Below are positions 13,890-24,884 of a stretch of 64,000 nt of DNA, one piece after another. The stretch spans positions 63,986,001 through 64,050,000 of the forward strand of contig CM052817.1 in the NCBI GenBank assembly GCA_028534125.1. The letters are read 5' to 3'. Under the pieces are notes generated by a model. That model ran no database searches. It was given only the letters and a program-made list of their open reading frames with translations, and had not been told where the DNA came from. The position numbers and the translations under genes were made by a program. Position 1 is the first letter of the stretch, and each line of letters starts with the position of its first letter. The DNA is from Lama glama. Its lineage: Eukaryota.

Positions 13890-14147
13890 CTGTAAAAGTA
13901 AAATCACACCACTGGCGGATAAAATAGGATTCTAGTGATTTCAGAGAAAAAACACTCAAAATACAAAAAATCATTTAGTAACCTCAATTGCTGAAACCAT
14001 ATTATCAAAACTAATGTCTAGCTACAGAGGTTGTTGCATTTTAAAAATTCTCTGCATGAGCCAAATTTGTGTTAATGTATATTAAATACAAAAACCTACA
14101 GAACTAGGCTTCCTAAACAGGAAAAAATACCTAAAGAAAATAAAACA

Positions 14148-14256
14148 GGGGTGGAGGGTGGGAAGGGATAGACTGGGATTTCAAAATTGTAGAATAGATA
14201 AACAAGATTACACTGTATAGCACAGGGAAATATACACAAAATGTTATGATAACTCA
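14148..14256 (+). mobile_element. Young camelid-type L1 3' UTR running into the gap
   Basis: ggggtggagggtgggaagggatagactgggatttcaaaattgtagaatagataaacaag...gcacagggaaatatacac. Confidence 0.8.
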
Positions 14257-14756
14257 NNNNNNNNNNNNNNNNNNNNNNNNNNNNNNNNNNNNNNNNNNNN
14301 NNNNNNNNNNNNNNNNNNNNNNNNNNNNNNNNNNNNNNNNNNNNNNNNNNNNNNNNNNNNNNNNNNNNNNNNNNNNNNNNNNNNNNNNNNNNNNNNNNNN
14401 NNNNNNNNNNNNNNNNNNNNNNNNNNNNNNNNNNNNNNNNNNNNNNNNNNNNNNNNNNNNNNNNNNNNNNNNNNNNNNNNNNNNNNNNNNNNNNNNNNNN
14501 NNNNNNNNNNNNNNNNNNNNNNNNNNNNNNNNNNNNNNNNNNNNNNNNNNNNNNNNNNNNNNNNNNNNNNNNNNNNNNNNNNNNNNNNNNNNNNNNNNNN
14601 NNNNNNNNNNNNNNNNNNNNNNNNNNNNNNNNNNNNNNNNNNNNNNNNNNNNNNNNNNNNNNNNNNNNNNNNNNNNNNNNNNNNNNNNNNNNNNNNNNNN
14701 NNNNNNNNNNNNNNNNNNNNNNNNNNNNNNNNNNNNNNNNNNNNNNNNNNNNNNNN
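14257..14756. other. Assembly gap of exactly 500 N
   Basis: Run of N counted directly. The round size suggests a fixed-length scaffolding spacer. Confidence 0.99.
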
Positions 14757-14865
14757 TCAACCCCACCTTTTAGTCTTGTCTTGCTGTCTTTTTGTTACGT
14801 CTTTCCTTTTCTCAGTCCTGCAGCACAGGTTTCTGGACCTGATCGATTGTCGGCTGGCTCCGACA
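14757..14865 (+). mobile_element. 3' end (U5) of a relatively young ERV LTR emerging from the gap
   Basis: Pyrimidine-rich U5 ending ...ggctggctccgaCA, with several CpGs retained. Confidence 0.6.
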
Positions 14866-16257
14866 AATGTTAAATGTACATGTGCATATATACTTAGGTA
14901 TACGATTAGATAAGCATGGAGAAATGTGGAAGGATGCATGGTAGGTCATTAATAGAGATTAAAATGGGCACAAAATGTGTTGGAAGAGGGGAATTGTGAG
15001 GGAGGAATAAATAATAATCAAATTTATTAACTTTATAAAATGGGGGAGATGCTTCTCGATTATTTAATAAAATTTAACATATAAAACCTTGGTTAAAAGA
15101 GACAAAACAAGGAAAGAAAAAAGGCAGAGCTGTGAAATGTTTGTATTGTTTTAATGCCATGAATGAGGCAAAGCAAAAACAATGGTGAGAGCTAAATCAG
15201 GTAAAATTTGCAATCAAGATTGGAACATGCACCCATACACTATTTGGGCTCCTTTGGAAAATATGCCTCACCCGACCTGATTCAAACAACATTATAATGA
15301 GAAAAATCTACTGCCAACTGAGGTAAACAGTAATTAGAGGCAGAGCCACATGTGCTCCAGTGAGGTCAATTACAAGGGAAGATGGGAAGATTTGGTTGGG
15401 AGAGATTTTACCACAAAATGTAGAGGCATGAAGGCAATCATTTAAGTTCTATAAAAATGGGTTAAGTAAGTTTGCATTTAGGAATTTTTCAGGAAGGGAC
15501 AGATAAAATTTTTCTATTATTAACTTTGAGCAAAATCCAGTATAGGTAATAAATCATCTGCCTGGAAGCAGTAGCGACTGCTCGTTCTTCTGATGCCCTG
15601 TGGAAATTGGGCTGGAGATCAAGGCAAATGCAGCAACCCATCCTTAGATTGCTCTGCTTGTCCCTCTCATGGGTTACTCTGGGCTGAGTCCTCCCAAGAG
15701 TATGTAGTTCCAGGTAACAGTTTACTGTAATATGCTTTTTCTGGCGTGACAATAAGGGAAACACCACCAAAGGCAGAACTTTAGTTTTAAAAGGTATGAA
15801 TGAAATGCTAAGGCATTTTACTTTCCTTTTTAGGAAGTAAAATGAAGGTTAAATAAAGTCTTTCTGAAATATGGTATGTGTTTTTAAAAGATTGGAAATC
15901 AGTGAATTAATTTGACACTTCTCATCATTGAAATTCAGTATTCTAAAAATGGAAAATATAGTACTGAGATCCAAATCTCATGTGGCTCCACTTATAAATT
16001 GTTGATAAAAAATTTAAGAACATGTTTACGTGACATTTTAAAAAACCTGTTCTCTTGCATAATGGTCCCAAAGGAGCTTATTAAAGTTTTAGAAGATTCT
16101 TGATCATTAGAATTCTGTCTCAGCATAGTACAGTGTTTTACTAAATATATGTAGCTCTATACTTCTGTTATATATGCAGACTATATTAAATTGATTAGCA
16201 GTTCTCACTGATTAATTTTTCTGACTACAATCTAAGTACTTTAAAAATAATTACCTT

Positions 16258-16630
16258 GAATATTATTCAGCCTTAAAAAGGAAAGAAATCCTGTCACATG
16301 CTACAAAGGGGATGATCATTGAGGACATTAGGCTAAGTAAAATAAGCCAGTCACAAAAAAGAAAAATAGTATATGATAACAGCGGTATATGAGGTATCCG
16401 AAGCAGTCAAATTCATAGAAACAGAAAGAAGAATGGTGGTTGCCAGAGGCTGGAGGAGGGGAGGGGCAGTTTAATGTGTATAGAGTTTCAGTTTAGCAAA
16501 TGAAGTAGTTCTGGAGATCCACTGCACAGCAGCATGAATATACTTAACATTACTGAACTACACACTTAAAAGTGGTTAAGATGGTAAATTTTATGGTATG
16601 TATTTTTTAACACAATAAAAAATAAAAAAT
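16258..16630 (+). mobile_element. L1MB-type 3' end with perfect 14-bp TSD (AAAATAATTACCTT)
   Basis: TSD at 16244-16257 and 16631-16644. Contains gaatattattcagccttaaaaaggaa..agtggttaagatggtaaattttatg and an A-rich tail. Confidence 0.9.
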
Positions 16631-17429
16631 AAAATAATTACCTTAAGTTACTTAAGTGCCTGTGAAATCCCAAATGTGCTTGACGAAATATACTTTCTTT
16701 TCATGATTGCAATAAGAAGGATTTGTTGACAGCATGTCTTCACCTCGGTAAAGGAAAATTCTACTGAAGCCCAGTATGTAAGGTTAAAAAAAAAAAACAA
16801 TTATTTATTAACTGCCTACTATGAACAAAACATTGGGAACTATGTAAACATTTTTATAGATACCTAGATAAATATATCTCTAGATATAGGTATGGTTATT
16901 GACACAGGTCCTAAAAACATAAGTTAAAAAACAATTCAAAATAGAAAAGTGTCAAGAAAATAATAGACGTCACAAGATGGCACATGATTAATAGTTTAAA
17001 AGAGGTGGCTAGATAAAAGAAATCTTTAGCTTAATTGAACTGGCATAATAGCTAACACAAGTGATATATGCCTGTGTCTCACATATACAAGTAGGTAGTT
17101 GAAGAAATCTTTCCTAACATATTTGTGGTTGAAAGGAATTGATATTCATTACGTCATTATTTCTACACATTTTATAAGGTACCTGAATTTGCTTTTCTTT
17201 GCATCCATCCCTACCCTCTTTTTTTTTTTTTTTACCATATGAAAATTAAGTCTCCAAAAGTATTTCAAGTTCACACAAACCCAAACCTGGATAACTGAGT
17301 CCAAAGCTTTCTGTGAATTTCAGCTCCCAAAACCCTAAAATATAATCTTTCATTTTCACTTCCTTCTCCCTCCCATTTCCCCGTTTGTTCTAATACAACT
17401 TATGACTCCTCTTATCACAACATGTGCAG

Positions 17430-17469
<40 letters not shown>
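17430..17469. repeat. (GC)n(CA)n microsatellite
   Basis: gtgcgcgcgcgcacacaca..., an alternating purine-pyrimidine tract of about 40 nt. Confidence 0.95.
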
Positions 17470-17472
<3 letters not shown>

Positions 17473-17869
17473 CTGCTTCCCCTAGTTCTGAAGATAGGGC
17501 AATATAGCAGGGAAGAATCTTCAAGCCCCAAACTTCAAGATCTTCCCTCCCTTCCACCAACTACCACCAAGAATCTCATCATCTAGTGGTCTTCAGTCTC
17601 CCCACTAATACGCACACTACACAGAGAATGCTGTACTAGATGTAGTAAGCAAATCTTAGGAATACTTGGAATGACCACACCAATTCCTAGGGATTGGCTA
17701 GAATTTGTTCCTGTGCCAGGAACACACTCTTCCAGTAACATGTGTCCTAACTTTATTTTTATTTTTGTTCTTATATTTCTTATCTATAATATTTAGAGTT
17801 GGAAAAATAGATTTCTAGACTCATTTTTAATTTGTAACATTTACAATTCCGGGAACTGAAAATTAAAGT

Positions 17870-17882
17870 TAAATAAATAAAA

Positions 17883-17921
<39 letters not shown>

Positions 17922-17923
17922 AT
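17870..17923. repeat. (TAAA)n microsatellite
   Basis: Direct observation. Confidence 0.95.
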
Positions 17924-18066
17924 ATAGCAACTTTTTTCAATAAAGGGCACTAGATGGCACAATTTCACCAATTTATGCTAATAAAGTCCTTTGTCTTCTT
18001 ATAATTCACAAATAAAATAATTTACCATTATAAATGGCTACACCTAAATAACAGAAAACCTATATA

Positions 18067-19415
18067 ATAATAAAGAGAAAAGTCCTTGAGAATATTATGT
18101 TTCCAGGATACCATGTTTTATGGCTTTATGAGTTCATAAACCCATAAACAAGGGTTTAGGAACACAGTAACCAGAATTCTAGCATTGGATGAATAAGTAA
18201 CCCAAAGAAAATACCAATCTCTCTCTATAGTGAAGTATATCAAAAACATATAGACAGTGAACATTTTTATAGAATTACTAACATACAACAAAACTCTACA
18301 ATACAATAAAGTGGTATGGTGAGTCCATGACTATGAATGCTTATATCACCTACTGGACAGACTAAAAGTTCAAAATTCTGAATTTTTCTTACTTCAATGT
18401 TTACCTTATGCTAATTATACACAATTAGGGCCTTAGTTTCCTCATGCTTAAAAATAAAAAAAAAATTGATCTAGAAACAATAGAAAATGATTAAGTTGTA
18501 GCTGATTTAGTATCCAATTGACCCTTTATTTGTTTAAAGTACCATGTTTACAGCAAAATTTCCAGATCTATCCAGTATTTTCACAATCACTTCATTTCCT
18601 GGAACTATCTATCATTCAGAAAGTTTACCAGCTTTCTTGAGCCTGACATATGAGACAGCACATCAGCCAAACAAACAGAAGGTACAGCTCACCTGGATAA
18701 TCTAACCCTGGCTCAGGCCCTTGGAGAAGTCTTGCATAATTATACACACAGTGAATACTCCTGCCGGATGGTGCAATCAACTGTGGTAGATCTTTACTTA
18801 AGAGATTCTAACAAAGAAATGTCCCTACTTAGAAACTCTTGCCTAAAGAACACTTCTCCTCTTCAAAGGAAAGTCATCATCTTGGGCAAAGGGAACAGAT
18901 TCTGGAGGGTCATATATGAAGAGGGGAGTAGGGGACATGACATCTAACTTGTTAGCTAGACTGTCCCAAACTCTACTGGATATTAACAGAGTGACATGCT
19001 ACAATCATATTGCCCGTACCTTCCAACAGGTGAGGCAGAACAAGGTGGCAGATGGGCTAAAGGAGTGAAAGAACAAGAAGTTGGACAATTCCTAGAGAGG
19101 AACTCTTAAAGCAATCCTGGGGGTCCTTGAAAGTTGATGAGTCCATAAACAGCTCATCAATGGTAATGCTAAGTGGACAGTGCTTTCTTATAGAAAGTTG
19201 CTCCCACACATCTAAAGTGACTTACCTATGACAGCTGAACTAATATCAGATCTATACCTGCCAAATTCTACTACATGTTTTACAGAAAGTCCTTTAAGAA
19301 ACTCCAGATTTGTAACCATAATGCTGCTGCCATCCACGAGTTTAACAAGTTAATCAGCTGTCTCGTTTTTAAGATAGTTTACCACGATAGGGTAGGAAAC
19401 CAGACTATCTTCTGT
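18067..19415 (+). mobile_element. Decayed DIRS1-like retrotransposon pol relic (RT - RNase H - methyltransferase-like)
   Basis: Collinear motifs across frameshifts: W-MVS-D--NAY-HL (18312-18352); KILNFSYFNV/LPY (18372-18409); SQSLHFLELSI/HSESLPAFLS (18581-18642); IIIHTVNTPAGW (18736-18771); YLETLA..LLFKGK (18826-18873); SYMKRGVG..SNLLARLSQTLL..NKVADGL (to 19059); WTIP..KQSWGSLKVD (19082-19138); NAK (19165-19173); IYTCQILLHVLQKVL*E (19250-19297); LP..PDYLL (19379-19414). Confidence 0.72.
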
Positions 19416-19509
19416 TGCTCTGAGGTGCTAGGCTTCATTTCAAAAAGTCTCTTTTTTCCCTTCCCCTAAAATGATGTTTAACTGACATGCTGACCAGCAC
19501 ATTCTATGC

Positions 19510-19630
19510 ATTATGATCAATAGGCGGAAAACAGAGTACTAACAAGATAATAGTATTCTTTGTAAGAAAAAAATATGTATCGTAGACAGATATGTGAACC
19601 CGTTTGGCACCTCTCAAGAGAAGCATTATT
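19510..19630 (+). mobile_element. DIRS-like tyrosine recombinase, N-terminal relic
   Basis: IMINRRK/QSTNK (19510-19546) then CIVDRYVNPFGTS (19576-19614) resemble the DIRS YR start (ARRxSTxxxY...WCxxRxVDPxxxS), directly after the MT-like segment. Confidence 0.55.
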
Positions 19631-19761
19631 ATGTGAGTAAATAATGTACGCTGCGGTTTATTCCCCAACATCTCCACTCCATCCCAGAAAACTGTCTGAG
19701 CAAATTATAATAATTCTTTCCCTTGACAACAATTACTTTAGGAAAGGGCATGTGACCCAAC

Positions 19762-20331
19762 TGTGGCTATTATAGGCATAATTCTAAAAGGGTCCCCCAA
19801 AGATGTCCCACCCTAATTCCTAAAACCTATGAATGTGATGAGCTTTCACTCTCATGATTATGTTCTGTTATTTGGCACATTTGGTCCTGGGATAGGGAAA
19901 TTATCTCTGCGGGCCTCATCTAATCACACAAGCCCTAAAAAAAAAAAAAGCAGAGAGGTTTCTTCAGCTGGTGACAGAAAGGAAAGTCAAAGAGACTCAA
20001 GGATTCAAGGGAAGCACTTGATGAGGAATGTGGGCAGCCCCAAGGGGCTGAGATCAACCCCCAGGGAACAGGGACCTCAGTCTCACAGCCACAGGGAACT
20101 GGATTTTGTGAACGACCTGAGAGAGCTTGGAAGTGGATTCCTCCTCCAACCCTCCAGCTAGAAGTCAAGCCCAGACTACTCCTTGACTTTAGCCTGTGAA
20201 GCCCCAAACAGAGAACCCGGTAGAGCCTGCCTGGACTTCTGCCCTACAGAACTGTGAGGTAATAAATGAGCATTGTAATAAGCTACTAAGTTTGTAATCA
20301 TTTGTTATGACAGCAATAGAAAACTAATACA
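19762..20331 (+). mobile_element. MLT1 (MaLR, MLT1E/F-like) LTR nested in an older LTR fragment (about 19650-20725)
   Basis: cccccaaagatgtccc...ctacagaactgtgag.taataaat...gcaatagaaaactaataca terminus. Confidence 0.8.
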
Positions 20332-20747
20332 GTGGACAAAGAGTTGTAGATATAGACTACTAGTGTTTCTGAGGAAATTTTATATACTTTTATGAAAAAG
20401 CCACAGGACAAAAGGTGTCTATTCTTTCTTTGAATATTGCTATGTCTGGATCTAATGACTAGAGCTGACCTGTGGATGTAATGGATTATATTGATGGGAT
20501 TCTTAAAACTAAATCAGCACAATCACAGAATAAACCTACTTAGTAATAATGCATAGGACATAAGTGTATTAAAAAGTGGAGCAAACCTAGATCCTCTTGC
20601 TACTGAAGAAACCAACCCTGGAGCCCACTCTATCTCTGGAATAATTGATATGTGAATAACAAATGCATTTATTGTCTAAATCAGTTTGAGTTAAGGTTTC
20701 TTTTATAGACAAATTTTCTAACTGACAGAAGGGGCATCATTAAAATT

Positions 20748-21524
20748 TAACAAACGATAAATGCTGGAGAGGCTGTAGAGAAAAGGGAACCCTCCTACAC
20801 TGTTCCTGGGAATGTAGTTTGGAGCAGCCATTATGGAAAACAGTATGGAGATTCCTCAAAAGACTGAAAATAGACTTACCATATGATCCAGCAATCCCAC
20901 TCCTGGGCATATATCTGGAGGGAACTTTAATTCAAAAAGATACATGCACCCCAATATTCATAGAAGCAGTATATACAATAACCAAGACATGGAAGAAACC
21001 TAAATGTCCATCAACAGATGACTGGATAAAGAAGTTGTGGTATATTTATACAATTAAATACTACCCAGCCATTAAAAAATAATACAATAATGCCATTTGC
21101 AGCAACAAGGATGGACCTGGAGTTTGTCATTCTAAGTGAAGTAAGAGAAAGAAAAAATTGTATGTTATTACTCATATGTGGAATCTAAAAAAAAAAAAAA
21201 AAGAAAGGAAAAAGGAATAAGAGGAGACTATTAAACTCATCTACAAAACAGAAACAGACTCACAAACATAGTAAACAATCTTACGGTTACCAGGGGAAAG
21301 GGAGTGGGAAGGGATAAATTTGAGAGTTTGAAATTTGCAAATGATAACCATTGTATATAAAAATAGATTTTTAAAAAAAGAGATTTCTTCTGTATAGCAC
21401 AGGGAACTATATTCAATATCTTGTAATAACCTTTAATGAAAAAGAATATGAAAATGAATATATGTATATTATGCTGTACACCAGAAATTGACACATTGTA
21501 ACTGAATATACATCAATAAAAAAA
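20748..21524 (+). mobile_element. L1 ORF2 C-terminus, 3' UTR and poly(A) (5'-truncated)
   Basis: ORF 20819-21082 ([27 protein letters not shown]) is the L1 ORF2 C-terminus. Confidence 0.95.
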
Positions 21525-21829
21525 TTTTTAACTGATCGATTTATTGATAAAAAACTAGTAGAGTTACATCTGGAGACATAGCATTGGGTAAAGAACACTA
21601 GACACTACAATGAGAGATACATATGTCTAGCTGCAGTTATATAATCTTTAATTTCTTACATGTTTAAGAAAGTATTTCATTTTCTCCCTTTTTTAATCCA
21701 CAAATCAAGTGAAATATAAAAATCTCAGAAGACTATATGGAATATGCCTCTGTGATGACGTGAAAAATTTCTACCTAATACTAATAAATATAGTTGAGGA
21801 ATTTAAAGCTTGGTCAACAAAAATGATGC

Positions 21830-22360
21830 TTTATTTTCATGGTATGAAATACTGAAACATAACCAATGCTCAGGAACTTGTAAGTAATTGGTTATATAAA
21901 TACAGGAGAGATCAGGTTTGAGATAGAGATTTGAAAGTCAGCATATAAGAGGTAATTAAAATCATGTTAATTGTCACCCTACATGAGAGAGAAAAAGAGA
22001 AGAGTAGTGCCTAAAAACAGAAAGAACTCTAAGAAACAACCAAGTTTAAAAATCTGTGGGCAAAAGAGAAGGGGCCTGTGAAGGAAAATAATAAAATCAG
22101 TTAGGCATATATGATTAGAGTCCAAATAAATAATGTCAGGAAAGCAAGAGCATAAAGGATGTTTTGAGAAGTGCTTGCCCAGCAATCAGAAGTAGAGAAG
22201 AGATTCATTAAGATAAGTATTGAAAAGAATCTACTGAATTTGGCAATTTTAATGCATTATGTTATTTTAGTAAAGATAATTTCAGTCATGGGGTGAAAGG
22301 GGTGGGGGATAAGCAGAAGCCAGATTGTTGTGGGTTGAGCTGTGGGAGGGACGCTTCATC
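21830..22360 (-). mobile_element. L2 LINE fragment
   Basis: ggagagatcaggtttgagatagagatttgaaagtcagcat..gaagccagattg L2-type sequence. Confidence 0.65.
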
Positions 22361-22389
22361 TTCTAAGACAGGAGGGAAAAAAATAAGGA

Positions 22390-22690
22390 TGAATGCAGAT
22401 GTTTATCACAATGGAAATATGCAAATGTAGGCACATGGAAATAATATAACAGCAGGGGACCTAAGCTCAAGTGAAATAATTACAAGGAGGAACAATGCTT
22501 AAGAGATTTCCTAAAACACCATCTCACACAATTAAAATAGCTGTTGACGTCCGGGATATGGCGCCAACCTCAAATGCAGCTATAAGTAGAGCATTACTGT
22601 CTACAGTTGTCAGTACAGAGTGCTATAGTGGGTGGTCGCACAAGACTTTGGATACTGGGAACACAGGACTGCCCTCAAAGTGTTAAACTA
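22390..22690 (+). mobile_element. DIRS-like tyrosine recombinase, C-terminal catalytic-region relic
   Basis: QMFIT (22396-22410); GNNITAGDLSS..II....A*EIS (22437-22511); PSHTIKIAVDVRDMAPTSNA (A-x-D-V-R at 22540-22554); HKTLD; ALKVLN*. These follow the DIRS YR pattern QLFVS..G...S...LS.WI...I..AY....P....AHxxR.xA.S.A...W.S..TF..HY.LD...VL. Confidence 0.6.
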
Positions 22691-23458
22691 GGTACTTACA
22701 TATTATCGATTTATAGGCAAAGTCACCTGAAAGTCAGAATTCCTGCCAAGTCAAGTCTGCAAGATTTGAGGTAATTTATTGAATATATTAACATAGGTAA
22801 TGAAAGTCTTCATGAAAAAGAGAAGGGTATATTGATTAGCCATGAGTATCCAGGAATCAGTCAGGCAAACCCACTCAAATACAAGGATGAGTATGTCCTG
22901 CTAACACGGCTATTGCTGATGGAAAACCAACAGAGAAAATATATGCATCGAAATTATTATAATTCATATAGCTAGGTACCATAGGAATTAAGAGGAAAAG
23001 AAGAGGACTTGTACTTGATCAAAGACATATGAGACTTGAGTCAGGGAGGGGAAAAAAAAATAAAGGTTGCCAGATACATGGCAGAATTTGCTGCTGTTCT
23101 GTAAGTTTTTCATTTCTGTCTGTGTTTTGTTTTCCCAACCAGGTTGCCAAGCTCTTTCTTGTCAGAGCCTCACAGTAAGATTGTAGTGAAAAAGAAACTC
23201 TCAATATCACTTTGCTTTAGAGCAGAATTACAGTTAAACTCCAAAAAGTTCGCCAGCATATAGGCAGAATATGCTCTTTCCAGTGGCCTCATAGGAATTT
23301 GTCAACTTGGTCCTTCACATGGAGTAATTATCAAATTTCTTAGTTCTGATTTTCACAGCAGGCTTACAGGTAGGAATAACTGATGTCATTCTTACCATTT
23401 AAGGGTGAAATCTTGAGACAATGGAAAGAAGTAGCAAGTAATTTGGTCAAGGTTATAC

Positions 23459-23922
23459 TGTTACAGAAATGACAGGCCAGTCAAGAAACAAGCACCACTC
23501 GGAGGGTTGGAGTACTCAGATGTATTACGCCAGTGGGCTCAGAGGGGCTTCTGCTCCGAAGCTCTGAGCACCTCCAAGACGTGCGCATGAGGTTTTATAG
23601 GGTAAAGTACAAGCTTGGGTTATTCGGCCAATAGGCATGGAACAGCTTTAGCAGCATTATCATCACAAAAGTGGAGGTGGGGAGGCAGCAAACCAACATT
23701 CCAAAGCCAGATATGTATCTTTGAAAATCCAGCTGACCAGCAAAAAATATAAACAGCAAACCAGCACTAATTAACTTAGATTTACAAGTTAGTCCAGCAG
23801 AACTCAGATCAGTATTCCAATACTTAGACTTGTGAGTTATCTTGTTAGCCCAGCCCAGCCTCTCCTTCACACTCCTAGACCTGTGAGTTATCTTGTTAGA
23901 CTAGCCCAGCTTTTCCTTCACA
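23459..23922 (-). mobile_element. Class I (ERV1-like) solo LTR with 4-bp TSD ATAC, inserted in a MIR
   Basis: TG..CA ends with ATAC at 23455-23458 and 23923-23926. TATAAAA on the minus strand near 23593-23599. A roughly 52-bp tandem duplication in U3. CpGs retained. Confidence 0.88.
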
Positions 23923-24008
23923 ATACTATCCATGAGAATCAAAGACCCAGATCCAAGGTGGAGAATGGGCACATCCAAGATTTGTGCCCAGAGGGAAAAG
24001 GAAGATGC

Positions 24009-24611
24009 TGTAGGTGAAGAGAAAAATCTCTTCCTCTAAACTTCTTAGCATTACCAGCTAGGGTCCTGCAAATTAGACTGACCAAAGACAGATTAACAAG
24101 AGGAAAACAAACAGGCTATTAACATGTGCATTACACATACACACAGGGGAGCCCTCAGTGATAACTTAAATGGATGGTTAGAACTTGAGTTTAAAGACCA
24201 ACAAAGGAAAAGGAGTTTGGTTGGAGGCTTTGGGGCAGGGGAGGCAAGTTATATGAAAGTGACCCGGAAAAGTATGGTAAACAAGGTTGTTTAGTAAGTT
24301 TTGTTATGCAGTTTCAAGCTGGTGCTTTCTTCGTTGATAAGAGTTAAGAGTCTTATCTCCCTGGTAGGAGAGAGGGAGACATTTCTACAAATGCAAATTT
24401 CCTTTATGAATGTAATTTCCCTCACAGAAAGTAAACTTACGTTCTGTCTTTTGTTTGTTTGTTTGTTTAAAGTTTTTTGCACTTGTGTCCTGATTTTTGC
24501 ACTTGTGTCCTGTTGCTTTTCCTGCATCTGCTGGTTCTAAATGGTCTGTAGCTCAAAATAATCCAAATGCCAAAGAGACATATTTTGGGTAGTATATTCT
24601 GATACCCTTCA
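24009..24611 (-). mobile_element. MER34-like ERV1 solo LTR
   Basis: Minus strand starts TGAAGGGTATCAGAATATACTACCCAAAATATG and ends ...CCTACA. Confidence 0.75.
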
Positions 24612-24800
24612 AAATCTATAAGGCACTAGAAATTCTACTGGCTTTTGCCGTGGTGGGAACCAGAATACAGCTCAAGTTGCCAGAATCTGGTTGCAAATAG
24701 TTTTGGATGGTCTTTACTCTTTCCTTCTGTGAGATGAGCTGCAAAGAACATATGCCTACGGGGCTTCTTCAGGTCACACCCACTGTGTTAGGCAGGGCAT

Positions 24801-24813
24801 GTTGCTAGGAAAC
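24801..24813. promoter_or_regulatory. Candidate RFX X-box GTTGCTAGGAAAC
   Basis: Matches the GTTRCY-N-RGNAAC pattern and lies in a short unique stretch between repeats. Confidence 0.35.
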
Positions 24814-24884
24814 AACAGAGGATTTACACAAACGAGAAGACTTCAAGAAATTTTAGGGATAACTATTATTCATAGTTTATTATT

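Noticed and set aside
14246..14773. Longest ORFs in the track (175 and 170 aa)
   Set aside because: Artefacts of translating the N gap.
18850..19330. Initial impressions of an endogenous RNA-virus L protein or START-domain pseudogene
   Set aside because: Only isolated short resemblances. The DIRS RT-RH-MT-YR interpretation explains many more motifs in the correct order.
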